Source: Wickerhamiella versatilis (Eukaryota). Taken from it: a DNA stretch of 64,000 nt. The translations under genes were made by a program, and so were the position numbers. The DNA is taken from positions 744,001 to 808,000 of the forward strand of contig JAQOWU010000001.1 in NCBI GenBank assembly GCA_030867685.1, in the 5' to 3' direction. The notes beneath the pieces were generated by a model that saw nothing but the letters and a program-made list of their open reading frames with translations, made no database searches and was not told where the DNA came from. Positions 44,626-56,000 of the stretch are shown one piece after another. Positions within the stretch are counted from its first letter, which is position 1. Every line of letters begins with the position of its first letter.

Positions 44626-45444
44626 TCAAGGTAGAGTATAGCCGCCATCAATAATGACATCACTACCTGTTTGAAAGCTAGATGCATCACTGGCTAGATA
44701 CAGATAAAGCCCCTTTATTTCTTTGACGTAGCCCTGTCTTCCGAGAACTGCCATATGATAAGCTTCTTGTTCAACGGCGGGGGATGCACCCATTTTTGTA
44801 TGAAAGAAACCGGGGCTCACAATATTTACCCGAGCGAATGAGCGCCATTCACGAGCAAGACTTTTGCCCAAATGGGTTACCGCAGCCTTTGACATATTGT
44901 AAATGGGTTGATCAACTGGAATATTCACGATGTGGCCAGACATACTCGACGTTATGATAAGATTCCCTGATCCCTGCTGCTTGAATACATTCCCAGCATA
45001 TTTTGCGCAATAAACAACGCCATCAACATTTACGGCCATTTGTTTACGATATTCATCTAGTGAAGTCTCCAGGAGGGGCTTAGATATTGCCATTCCTGCA
45101 TTTGCAACAAATACATCAAGCTTTCCAAATTCATCCACAACAGCATCTATTGCCTCTTTCACTTTCGACGGGCTCGTAACTTCGACCTGATAGGCTTTGA
45201 CTTTTACACCGTGCTGCTGAGCAAGCTTTTCACCCTTGCTTACGGCCGCCTTGTTTGTATTGTACCAAAGCGCTACATTTGCACCAGCTTCGGCCATTCC
45301 CTCGGCAATCGCAAATCCTATACCATCTGCAGCACCTGTAACGCATACCACGCGTCCTTTCAGAGATAGTTGATCAAACACATTATCTGCAGTATTCGGG
45401 CCGGATCTTTCCTTCAGTGGCGCACTAGGTGGCGTGTTTAACAT
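44626..45444 (-). CDS. SDR polyol oxidoreductase (sorbose/L-xylulose reductase-like)
   Basis: VTGAADGIG, FVANAG, SSMSGHIVN, YNMSK (YxxxK), SLAREW, IDGGYT. Confidence 0.8.
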   Translation of the reverse strand: MLNTPPSAPLKERSGPNTADNVFDQLSLKGRVVCVTGAADGIGFAIAEGMAEAGANVALWYNTNKAAVSKGEKLAQQHGVKVKAYQVEVTSPSKVKEAIDAVVDEFGKLDVFVANAGMAISKPLLETSLDEYRKQMAVNVDGVVYCAKYAGNVFKQQGSGNLIITSSMSGHIVNIPVDQPIYNMSKAAVTHLGKSLAREWRSFARVNIVSPGFFHTKMGASPAVEQEAYHMAVLGRQGYVKEIKGLYLYLASDASSFQTGSDVIIDGGYTLP

Positions 45445-45881
45445 GATCGAAATTCAACAGGAATATTAAGGCTATCTGGTAAGCCAGTGGTAGACGATTA
45501 ATCCCCGCTCCCCGCTCCCAAGCCGCGCTCTGGAGAAAACCCTATCCTACCCCCTACCCCGGATTATACCCCAGAAGTCCATCTGATTTGAGAATTGGTA
45601 GCTAATGCTGATTTTCTATAATGATTCAGGTTAGGAAGATGATTTAAAGCTCTCGTCGACTTCATTTCCTTCACTCTCCGTTAAAGCTACTAGTTACTAC
45701 GCCCTCATGTCAGTATTACCATCATTCGCTATAGTATCCGTATATTAGAAGCAATTCTTGACGATTTATCCAATATATAATGACAGAGTTTGCCTGCCAT
45801 AAGAACTTAGCAAGTAATTGTTATATAATAAAGCTATATGAACAGGCGAAGGCGAGCAATCCATTTAACTTATTAAGGTAT

Positions 45882-46520
45882 ATGCTCCGTTTGCTCAACC
45901 CAACAAAGGTCACCCCTTTTCGTGGGTACGTAACAAGTTTCGTGCGCTCATATTCAAACAGTAAGCCCAATACAGATGCCTTGAAGACAGCAGGCGTATT
46001 TCCTGACGTGATCGACCAATTCAAGCCTAGCATCGAAATACGAGCTATCTATCCCGATGGATCTGCTGTGAATGCAGGTAATGAGCTCAAACCATCACTC
46101 ACGCAAGGAAGACCAGATATCACTCTGTTCTCTAATGAGCCATATTCCAACAAAAGCTTTACGCTCGCCATCACAGATCCTGATGCGCCAACCAGAGGCG
46201 ATCCTACGTGGTCTGAGTTCGCACATTTTCTGGTAAGCGGCATTAAGCCGACCGTGGTGAAGGATTCGTTTAAAGTTGACTTCAATCAGGCGAAGGAACA
46301 CATACCGTATATGGGACCGGGCCCTCCAGCGAATACAGGACACCACCGTTATGTCTTCCTACTATTTGAAGAAAATGGAGAGGTTAATGGACTTCCATCA
46401 GACAATAGAGCAAACTGGGGCACAGGCATTCCTGGATCAGGAGTCCGAAATTGGTTGAAGAACCAGAAGTTGGTTCCAGTGGGTATCAATTTTTTTGTAG
46501 CGAAAAATGAACAATCTTAA
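45882..46520 (+). CDS. PEBP family protein (TFS1/carboxypeptidase Y inhibitor-like)
   Basis: TDPDAP, SEFAH, YMGPGPP..GHHRYVFLLF, R.NWG; start 45882 gives a presequence-like N-terminus (alternative ATG 45780). Confidence 0.85.
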   Translation: MLRLLNPTKVTPFRGYVTSFVRSYSNSKPNTDALKTAGVFPDVIDQFKPSIEIRAIYPDGSAVNAGNELKPSLTQGRPDITLFSNEPYSNKSFTLAITDPDAPTRGDPTWSEFAHFLVSGIKPTVVKDSFKVDFNQAKEHIPYMGPGPPANTGHHRYVFLLFEENGEVNGLPSDNRANWGTGIPGSGVRNWLKNQKLVPVGINFFVAKNEQS

Positions 46521-46793
46521 GTACATAAAGATGACACCATAAAACTCTCATGAATTTTTACACATCCGAAATATTTATTATTCTGTGTACCACTTAAGCT
46601 ATATACTAGGGGAGCAGTGAGGCGTCTTTTATCTTCCTTCATTTGCTCGGAACTCTCACTAGCTATACTATCCTTATTCAACACACTCTTTTTTAACTTT
46701 GTTCAAGAGGTATCGCCTGCACTCTGTATTCCGCTGCAACAGGAGATCTCATATTAACTAAGCAGCTACTCCCGAGACGCTGTAAAGTGGGTT

Positions 46794-48470
46794 ATGGACG
46801 AAGACAACGACCGAATTTTTCGGCGCCCTAGAGATGCTATAAGGGTTCTTGTTATTATTCTTATTGTTTTCACCATCATTTCAACCTCATTCATAAGTGG
46901 AGGTCGAGATGTGAGGGTTTACGGTAATATGGCCGTCGTAAGTGAGGAAGAGACCGACTGGGACAGCACTATGGATTACACCAGCTTGGTAGATGGTCTT
47001 CGTAGAGGGAAGGAGTTTCATTGGCACGAATGGCTCGATCTCAATAAGACGGAGATGTTTCATGAGAAGAACCTGAATCCGAAGTTCTATCCCAATTTAT
47101 ATGGCAAAAGTGCCAAGGATTTGAAATTTCCGCCCACATTGAGCTCTACGGCTGCGGAATACGCAATGCTTGGTAGGCTCTTTTGCGAGCGAGATATGGT
47201 CAAACCGTATCGTGTTGTCAAGCTTGGAGATCCCATGGAACCAGAACTGAGCAAGCAGGCTCAAGTAATTGATCTGAAGGATACTTCAAGTGACAAATGT
47301 CACAGACAATATGGGCAATCTTCCTGCTCTGCTTTTCAAAACATTACAACGCAGAAGGAGGAACGCACCCCGCAAAAAATTGAGAATATTGACTATTTAG
47401 TGAAAGAGTTGAGCGACGAATCCTTCTATTGGAATCCAGGAGCAATCTCAAGAACAGATGCTCATTCTCAAAATCCCATTTTAAGAGCACATGGAACAAC
47501 AATCAAAGAGGCTCTCAAAAATTATAAGCCTGACAGCAAGCATTTTCATGAACTCCATCTGAAGCACGATCCTTTGGCTTACAGTTTGCATTATGATTGG
47601 CGTTTTTTTAGGGGTATTACAGGTTATGACGATCAGCTTGAGAGTCTACAGTTTCTTACGCGCGCATGGGCTCAATTTGCCGACACTTTTGATCTCACCT
47701 ATTGGATAAGTCATGGCTGTCTCCTCGGCTGGTGGTGGAATGGTATTTCGCTACCATGGGATAGAGACCTAGATTTCCAGATGCCCATTGCTGATTTAAA
47801 TCGCTTAGCCCGAGAATTTAACGGCACGCTGGTCGTGAGCAATGAGCATGAAGGGAAAAAGGCCTTCTACATCGATGTTAGTCCTTGGTATGCTCAACGA
47901 TTAGGAAATGAGGCAAATACTATTGATGCAAGATTCATTGACATTACTAAAGGAACATATATCGATATTACCGGTCTTGCGTACACAGAATCCGACAAAT
48001 TGGTTCATTGCAAGGCACATCACGGCTATACATTGGACGCGTTAAGTCCACTTCGTCGCTCTCTGTTTGAGGGAGTACCCGTGATGGTCCCTTATCAAAC
48101 GGATGAAGTGCTCCGTGATGAGTATCCGAAGTTCGATGAACCCACTTACAAAAATTGGGTTTATAACCCCAAAATACGGCATTGGGAAAGCATTTTGCCA
48201 TGCGAAGATTTCTTAAAGGACTTCAAAAAAGGTTCTAATATTGTGTGCCCTCCTACAAAAAACGTTTCGCAGGAGGAATGTGATTATACTACCTTTGGAA
48301 CTTGCAACGCATATTCCCTTGCATTGTATGCAAGAACCAACCGAATAACTGAGCTTCACCGTCTAGAGTCTGATATATGGACCGACTTTCAAAATAGAGA
48401 TCGGGAGCTCGTTCCAAGCGAATTGCAGGAATTGGCATCAATCCTGGGAACTTATCATCCGGTTTATTAA
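46794..48470 (+). CDS. LicD-family nucleotidyltransferase, MNN4-like mannosyl-phosphorylation protein
   Basis: N-terminal TM; FHWHEWLDL, HYDWRFF, WISHGCLLGWWWNG..PWDRDLD.Q, IDARFID..G.YIDITGL. Confidence 0.85.
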   Translation: MDEDNDRIFRRPRDAIRVLVIILIVFTIISTSFISGGRDVRVYGNMAVVSEEETDWDSTMDYTSLVDGLRRGKEFHWHEWLDLNKTEMFHEKNLNPKFYPNLYGKSAKDLKFPPTLSSTAAEYAMLGRLFCERDMVKPYRVVKLGDPMEPELSKQAQVIDLKDTSSDKCHRQYGQSSCSAFQNITTQKEERTPQKIENIDYLVKELSDESFYWNPGAISRTDAHSQNPILRAHGTTIKEALKNYKPDSKHFHELHLKHDPLAYSLHYDWRFFRGITGYDDQLESLQFLTRAWAQFADTFDLTYWISHGCLLGWWWNGISLPWDRDLDFQMPIADLNRLAREFNGTLVVSNEHEGKKAFYIDVSPWYAQRLGNEANTIDARFIDITKGTYIDITGLAYTESDKLVHCKAHHGYTLDALSPLRRSLFEGVPVMVPYQTDEVLRDEYPKFDEPTYKNWVYNPKIRHWESILPCEDFLKDFKKGSNIVCPPTKNVSQEECDYTTFGTCNAYSLALYARTNRITELHRLESDIWTDFQNRDRELVPSELQELASILGTYHPVY

Positions 48471-48746
48471 GCAAACTTCTACTTATTATTATGTACGTAT
48501 TTATCGACAAATGTATAGCCAGTTTTACGCAAGTTGGAGATCGACCTTCCTCCATGTTGCTTTTAAATTAGTCTGTGGCAGGAATATTATCGCTTTCAAT
48601 CGGCTAGTGATGCAGCAATGGCTCCTATGCGTCGCCGATCTCTTCCGTCATCATCCCGGGCGGCTAATGGGTTATCGGATGAGCGCGTCTATTTATGATT
48701 ATTAATCAGGTAGTTATATTGTGCTACCTGCGCCCTTTTAAAAGGT

Positions 48747-50051
48747 ATGAGCCTCTCCAACGAATATGTCAAAACGCTCGATCGGAACAACGTATTCCAT
48801 TCCTGGTCTGTTCAAAGTGCAAATGATCCTGTGGTAATCAAGGGAGGTGGTGGCTCTAAATTGTGGGATTATAATGGGAACGAATACCTTGATTTTTCAA
48901 GCCAGCTAATATACACAAATTTGGGTCATCAGCATCCCAAAGTGATTGCCGCTATAAAGGCTCAAGCTGATACGTTGGTAACTATAGCCCCTGGTCATGC
49001 CAATCTCGCTCGTGGTGAGGCTGCAGCACGTATTCTCTCGCATGTGCCAAAAGATAGTTTCTCCAAAGTTTTTTTTACGAATGCTGGTGCAGATGCTAAC
49101 GAAAATGCTATTCGGATGGCTCGTAGTTTCACAGGTCGTGATAAAATATTATCAGGCTACCGGTCGTATCATGGAAATTCTGGTACCTCAATTGTAGCTA
49201 CGGGAGATGCCCGCCGTATTCCCAATGAGTTTAGTCGTGGCCATGTCCACTTTTTCAATCCTTATCTCTATCGCACTGAATTTTGGTCTGTAGATGAGGA
49301 CCAAGAGTGCGCTAGAGGCCTGCACCATCTGAGAAGAGTGATAGAATGCGAGGGTCCAGGATCTATCGCAGCAATTATTCTTGAGAGTATTCCTGGTACT
49401 GCGGGTGTGCTGATTCCCCCCAAAGCCTACCTCAAAGGTGTTCGACAGTTAGCAGATGAGTTTGGCATCCTGCTTATTCTCGATGAGGTTATGGTCGGAT
49501 TTGGGCGTACAGGTAAATGGTTTGCATTTGAACATTTTGATGTGGTTCCAGATTTGATCACGTTTGCAAAGGGAGTGAATAGTGGATATGTTCCAGCTGG
49601 TGGTGTTATAGTCTCTAATAAAGTCACTGACCATTTCCATGATCTAATGTTTTATGGTGGGTTGACGTACTCAGGCCATCCACTTGCGATGGCAGCCATA
49701 GTGGCTACGATTGATGCTATGGAGGATGAAAAAGTAGTGGAAAACGCTGAGAGGATTGGCAAAGAGGTGATAGGCCCGACTTTGAATTCTATGGCTAAAG
49801 AATGCAAGCTTATCGGTGAAGTTAGAGGCATGGGTGTCTTTTATGCATTGGAACTTGTTAAAGATCCAGTGAGCCGCGCACCGCTGGATGATCTGTGTAT
49901 GAAGAAGTTTAAGGCTGGAATGATCAAGCGAGGCTTGCTTCCCTTCGTTGCGCAAAACCGCTTGCACATAGCACCACCGTGTAATATTACTCCTGAAGAA
50001 ACAAAAGAGGGGCTTAAAATTATTGCGGAAGCTCTGAATGATATATCCTAG
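48747..50051 (+). CDS. Class-III omega-aminotransferase (taurine/beta-alanine/diamine type), actinobacterial-like
   Basis: VFHSWS, YLDFSSQL, GHQHP, YRSYHG, DEVMVGFGRTG, TFAKGVNSGY, GGLTYSGHP. Confidence 0.85.
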   Translation: MSLSNEYVKTLDRNNVFHSWSVQSANDPVVIKGGGGSKLWDYNGNEYLDFSSQLIYTNLGHQHPKVIAAIKAQADTLVTIAPGHANLARGEAAARILSHVPKDSFSKVFFTNAGADANENAIRMARSFTGRDKILSGYRSYHGNSGTSIVATGDARRIPNEFSRGHVHFFNPYLYRTEFWSVDEDQECARGLHHLRRVIECEGPGSIAAIILESIPGTAGVLIPPKAYLKGVRQLADEFGILLILDEVMVGFGRTGKWFAFEHFDVVPDLITFAKGVNSGYVPAGGVIVSNKVTDHFHDLMFYGGLTYSGHPLAMAAIVATIDAMEDEKVVENAERIGKEVIGPTLNSMAKECKLIGEVRGMGVFYALELVKDPVSRAPLDDLCMKKFKAGMIKRGLLPFVAQNRLHIAPPCNITPEETKEGLKIIAEALNDIS

Positions 50052-51094
50052 AAATCCATTGACCAGAGTGGATATACCGCGATTCTTCATCTTCTACATC
50101 TAAATACGTTTCAAATTGAATATATCATATAATTACGGCTCTAGTATATATATACATCATGAGTCACGCGCGTATATGCCACATGTCTTTACTATTGAGA
50201 TTACTAGCTAATAGATATGTTTGTTCGAGTCTAAGTGAAGTCCGTATACTAGGTGATGAGCGTGTATCCAAAGCTATCATCTATTTGAGAAGTACTGAAG
50301 GGATAGAGAAGTCAATTCTCACCAAGTGTCTACTAAGCCTTAAATTTGATCAAAAATCTTCTCTCATTCACCAAAACATCAGAGGTTTTCTTAGTATTTG
50401 TGCTACTCTGATAAGAATGGCCACTTAAATTTAAAATCGTCAGAACTACCGAGTTTGACGTGGACATAACAGTGCTCCAAAGAGAGAGTTAGACTCAAAA
50501 GACGGCATAATTAAATGGGCATATATCTAATTGCTATCTTTTAACTCACCTTGGATGAATTAGTTTTGGATCAAAAAAATAGCCCAAAGACTTCTGATAA
50601 CAAGCTATCTCTTATGTAGAATGAAATTTCAACATGATGGTCAGAATGAATATGGCTAGAGTTATTGGCTTCATGAAAGTGCCCTATTAATTTAGGATGT
50701 GGAAATAAGGTTCATATGTATACAGCGAAAAAAGTTCTTGTCGTCTTAAAAAAAAATACATTTGGTACTGCAATAGCATCAAATATTAAATAAGGCTCAC
50801 AGAAGGAATTTTTAGAAAAACATATGTATGATGTAATAAATAATAAATGATTCAAGATTGCCGATCGTATCTTTTTCATCTCATAAATATGTGATCGAGC
50901 TAATATGGACGTAGACTGTAGATACTAGAACAAAAGCATACGAAAATCAAATGAAACTATCAGAAAATACGTACTTTAGTCCTCATTCAAAACAATAATG
51001 TATTATTGTTTCAAAACGTGCGAAAACTTTCAACCCTGACAAAACCTGCAGATTATTAATCTAAGTCTCGGGTGTCTACCGTCGCTGAATTCAG

Positions 51095-51940
51095 ATGATT
51101 CCTAAACTTGCTTCCTATGAACTCCCTAAATCAGAGGAAATTCCTCGTGGAAGAGTTGATTGGCCTTTAGAACCTGCTAAGGCTGCGCTGCTCATACATG
51201 ATATGCAAGACTATTTTCTAGACTTTTGGGGTGAAGACAGCCCTTTCACAAAGTCTTTGGTTCAAAACATACAACGTTTAAAGGAGTTCTGCAAGTTGAG
51301 AGATATCCCTGTCTATTACACCGCTCAACCAGCTGAGCAAAGCCCAGAGGATAGAGCGTTACTGAATGATATGTGGGGTCCGGGGATAGCGACTCGGCCA
51401 CACCGAAAGAATGTTACCAAGGCCTTAGAACCGCAAGAAAACGATATTGTATTGACCAAGTGGCGCTATAGTGCATTTCAACGTTCGAACCTGGAAGAAC
51501 TACTCAAGAAATCAGGTCGTACTCAGTTAATTATTTGTGGCGTTTACGCGCATATTGGCTGTATGACAACTGCACTCGATGCATTTATGCGCGATATAAA
51601 GCCTTTTCTGGTGGCTGATGCATTGGCAGATTTTTCGAGAGAGAAGCACATCACAGCTTTAGAAATCGTAGCCGGATCCTGTGGAAGAGTGATCAAACTG
51701 GATAACGTGGTTGGCGGTCTACCTCAGAGCATAGAAGAATTACGCGAGCAAGTCCTAGTGTTGCTTGATGATGAAGATGAGGCTCCAGAAAATGATGAGA
51801 ACCTCGTGGACTTTGGGCTGGATTCCGTCCAAATTATGGCCACGGCTGCCAAGTGGCAGAAAATCAAACCGGAGATAGACTTTATCAAGCTCGCCCAGAA
51901 TCCTAGTATTACTTACTGGTGGTCCCTTTTACAAGATTAG
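51095..51940 (+). CDS. entB: Isochorismatase / aryl carrier protein
   Basis: IPKL, LLIHDMQDYF, DRALLNDMWGPG, KWRYSAF, GVYAHIGC, DAFMRDI; ArCP FGLDSV. Confidence 0.95.
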   Translation: MIPKLASYELPKSEEIPRGRVDWPLEPAKAALLIHDMQDYFLDFWGEDSPFTKSLVQNIQRLKEFCKLRDIPVYYTAQPAEQSPEDRALLNDMWGPGIATRPHRKNVTKALEPQENDIVLTKWRYSAFQRSNLEELLKKSGRTQLIICGVYAHIGCMTTALDAFMRDIKPFLVADALADFSREKHITALEIVAGSCGRVIKLDNVVGGLPQSIEELREQVLVLLDDEDEAPENDENLVDFGLDSVQIMATAAKWQKIKPEIDFIKLAQNPSITYWWSLLQD

Positions 51941-52172
51941 ATTCAATGCGGCAGCAAGCGAATTCTCTTGTCTGCTATAACATAGCTTTTCTTTTTGTGG
52001 AGAATATTTCTCTTAAAGACAAGGATCACATGTGAACATAGTCCGTGTACGTCTGTCTACATACTTCAACCCACCAGATATTTTAACGACTGGCATATAG
52101 GCGGTTAGGCTTAGTAAGGTATCTCTTACAGACATTGTAGATGCTACGATTGCTATTGAAGAGCCAGGCAGA

Positions 52173-52895
52173 ATGAGTATTTTCGACCCCATAAATTCAT
52201 CAGCTTGTGATGAGCTTATTCAAAAAATCGAATGGGGTACTCTTGTATCCCATCCGCAAGTTTACTATTGCAAGGTCAACTTTAATGATTCTGCCTATGA
52301 TGACGACCACTACTCCAATTACGGTATTGAATATCCCAGCCACATTAGGCGTTCTGTATTGAAGCGACGTGCCGAGCATCTGGCAGGCCGGTTCTGCTGT
52401 CAATATCTTTTTCATGCACTTCAATTACCGGGTGCTGTTTCACACCACGAGGATAGGTCACCCTGCTGGCCTCCAGGAGTCGCAGGAAGTATTTCACATT
52501 GTAAAGGTCACTCCATCGCCCTTGTAACTAATAAGCAGGATAAGCATCCTGGCGTGGATGTCGAAATTCTGGATAAGCAAACCCTCAGTGAATGCGCAGA
52601 TATGTTTTCCTCCAATGATGAACGAAACATGGTAAGACGAAAACTCGACTCTGAGGCTCACAAAGAACTCCTTATTTTCTCTGCGAAAGAAAGTTTTTTC
52701 AAGGCAGTTTATCCACAGGTGAAGTTTTTTTTCGGTTTTGAATATGCTACCATAGTAGATGTTAATGCTGAAAAAAAAACATTTATATTAGAATTAACTA
52801 AAACGTTGATACCAGCGAGATTGGAGAAAGGAATGCACTGGGTTGGAAATTTCAATATCGAAGGCGAGCTTATTACGACATGTATAGTGTGCTAA
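52173..52895 (+). CDS. entD: 4'-phosphopantetheinyl transferase
   Basis: KRRAEHLAGR, WPPGVAGSISH, GVDVE, FSAKESFFKA; position in ent cluster. Confidence 0.9.
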   Translation: MSIFDPINSSACDELIQKIEWGTLVSHPQVYYCKVNFNDSAYDDDHYSNYGIEYPSHIRRSVLKRRAEHLAGRFCCQYLFHALQLPGAVSHHEDRSPCWPPGVAGSISHCKGHSIALVTNKQDKHPGVDVEILDKQTLSECADMFSSNDERNMVRRKLDSEAHKELLIFSAKESFFKAVYPQVKFFFGFEYATIVDVNAEKKTFILELTKTLIPARLEKGMHWVGNFNIEGELITTCIVC

Positions 52896-53074
52896 ATTTC
52901 TAATTCGGGATAGAGATTAAAAAAAGCAGCATTATAATTTTTCATTTCATTTCATTTGATTTTGTCCTATGTCTCATCGGCACACAGCATTCCTCTGTTT
53001 CATAACGACGGTAACCCTAAGCCTGAAGATTGATTATCCAATAAATCTATCGGACAAATCAATCTTTTTGGTCA

Positions 53075-56000
53075 ATGGCATTGCCCCTTGTGGCAGCGCA
53101 ACCAGGAATCTGGGTAGCTGATCAGCTATCCCCCTATCAAAATGCATATATGATAGCTCACTACTTGGATATTCTTGGTGACTTGAATGTCGATGCTCTC
53201 TGCGCGGCCATAATGAGTGGTATGATGGAGGCAGACACCTTACAGATGCACTTCACAGAAGTAGATGGAGAGCCTAAACAAATACCTATGGGCCCGCTGT
53301 TACTTCCCTCGCCTATATATAAGGACTTGCGCGCTGATGTTAATCCTCTTCATTCGGCACATGCGTGTATGTATGATGATTTGAAAGGCAATAGGCGGCT
53401 GATGACTGGGAATAATCTCAGTTGTAACGTAATATTACGTCTAGATGAGAGGCATTATGTCTGGTACCAGCGCTACCATCATCTCCAATTAGATGCGTTC
53501 AGCTTTACTGCTTTGACTCGTCGTATCGTGGAGCTTTATAGTGCGTCTGTGAGAAATTTGGAACCCAGAATGACCCCATTTGTGCCTTTTGCAAACGTAG
53601 TACAAGAGTATGCCTCGTATTGGAATTCTGAGAAGAGATTTAAAGATGCAGCATATTGGACAGGCGTGTGCAAATCTTTGCCAGAAGCTGTATCTCTTTC
53701 GCCCAGATCTCTAAGTGGAGAGACTCCGACAACAAATATTTTGCGACATGCTACTACATTTGATCCCAGTACAATGCGTACCCTGTTCTCAGCTGGCGAG
53801 GCAGCTGGCATAAGAAGTGTTGACCTTGTGCTAGCTATAATTGCTCTTTGGCTGTTGAAGCTTTCTGACAGTAAATCTATGGGTGTTGGATTTATATTCA
53901 TGCGTAGAGCTGGTTCAGAAGCATTGAATGCTACTGGGCCAGTAATTAATGTTCCACCTATGTGCGTAAGTCTGTGTGAGACTATACTCTCAATGGCGAA
54001 AAATATAAATAAGACTATCAAGGAAATGCGTCGTCACCAACGCTACGATGCTGAACAGATTGTGCGGGATACCAAACGCAGCTGGGATAGCGAACCCCTG
54101 TATGGTCCTGTGATTAACTTTAAGGCTTTCGATTATAAACTCGACTTTTCGGGGGTTAAATGCACTACGCATCATTTAGCTTCAGGACCAGTACGTGATA
54201 TGGAAATCACCATATTCCTTGACGACGAGGCGAATTGCTCGGTAGAGATTCTTGCCAACGCTCAACGGTATAATACAGATATTCTGGAGAAACATCTAAA
54301 CCGACTTCACCTCCTGGTGGATCAATTTGCCACCAATATTGACCTTTCGTGCGAAAAGGCTGATGTATTATTGCCTGAAGAGAGAAAATTAATCTCTGAG
54401 ACGAATTCAACCGAGGTGCCAATTTCGAAGGATACGCTTGCCAGCCTCATTCAGAAGCAATGGCTCGCCACACCAGAGAGTCCTGCATTGCAAGACATGC
54501 GACACTGTTTGAGTTATAGGCAGATGATGCTACAGGCTAATTCTTTGGCGCAGTGTTTGGTAACGCGGGGTATTAGTCCAGGAAGCATTGTTGCCGTGGC
54601 ACTGCCCCGCTCCATATTTTTAGCAGTTGCTTTACAAGCAATAATTCTAGTTCGTGCGGCTTGGCTTCCGTTGGATACGGGATACCCAGAATCACGGTTA
54701 AAGTTCATGCTTGAAGATGCACAACCGTCGCTTCTGATCACAAATACCGATGAGCTCAGCAGAATATCATTTGCTGCACCAGTCGAAACGTTTATATACG
54801 ACTCATTGCTCCCAGAAGTGGAATCATTATCACTTCCATCTGTCAAACCGGATGATAGGGCATATATAATTTATACGTCAGGTTCTACTGGTCAACCCAA
54901 AGGGGTAGTTCTCAACCATCAAGCGATAGTCAACCGATTGCTGTGGATGCAAGATCAATATGGTCTCAAAACGCATGACAAGGTGTTACAAAAGACTCCA
55001 TGTAGTTTTGATGTCTCAGTGTGGGAATTCTTCTGGCCAATAATCGTTGGTGCTCGTCTGATAATGGCACCACCAGAAGCGCACCGCGATCCAGAGCAGC
55101 TTCAGAAGCTTATATTGGACCATCAAATAACCACGATTCATTTTGTTCCATCAATGCTGGCGTCTTTTGTTAATGTTTTGGGCCAGAATCAGGACTGTCA
55201 AAGTCTTTCACGTGTATTCTGCAGCGGTGAAGCCCTTTCAACTGACTTGGCAAAACAATGGCAAAATAAAATGCATGTTCCATTATACAATTTGTATGGG
55301 CCGACCGAAGCAGCGATCGATGTTGCTTTCTATCCTGCTTTTGGTGCCAGTCTGGAAGCAGTAAGTACCCATACCGTGCCTATTGGAGTACCTGTTTGGA
55401 ACACATCACTGCATATATTAGATTCACATTTATGTCCAGTTCCTCTCGGGATTATTGGTGAACTCTACATTGAGGGGGTGCAACTCGCAAACGGGTACCT
55501 GAATAGATCCAGCCTGACTGCTAGCTCCTTTATTAAAACTCACGTCGACAAAATACTCTATCGTACTCATGACTTATGCCGGCGATTGGACAGTGGGTCC
55601 ATTGAATTTATTGGCCGAAGTGATCACCAGGTTAAGATTCGTGGACAGCGTATCGAGCTCGGTGAGATAGATCAAGTAATGCAGCATCTTGATGGTGTTT
55701 TGCAGGCTGTCACTGTACCACAACTTTTAGGAAAGTATAAAGAGGGTGATTTTCATGATGGACGGCAGCTAGTGAGCTATGTAGTTCCAGCAACCGACAT
55801 CAAGCTTGACGCAGAAAAACTACTTAGGGAAGCAGCACGGTTCTTACCATCGTATATGGTGCCATCAGTACTCGTCTTTATGACTGAACTTCCTCTAGGA
55901 AACACAGGAAAGCTCAATCATCGGGCCTTACCTCTTCCAGATATCAATTGGCAACAGCAGCATAGGGAAAATGGACGTCTTCCTAATGCTGGCTTAGAGC

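Noticed and set aside
17725-50051. Biotin cluster (BIO2 plus class-III aminotransferases as BIO3/bioA)
   Set aside because: Neither aminotransferase shows DAPA-synthase motifs (e.g. WHPYT, SSWW), and no BIO4 or BIO6 is nearby
50700-51094. Fur box upstream of entB
   Set aside because: AT-rich sequence (e.g. AATAAATGATT, ACAATAATGTATTATTGT) gives only loose resemblance; no good 19-bp GATAATGATAATCATTATC match
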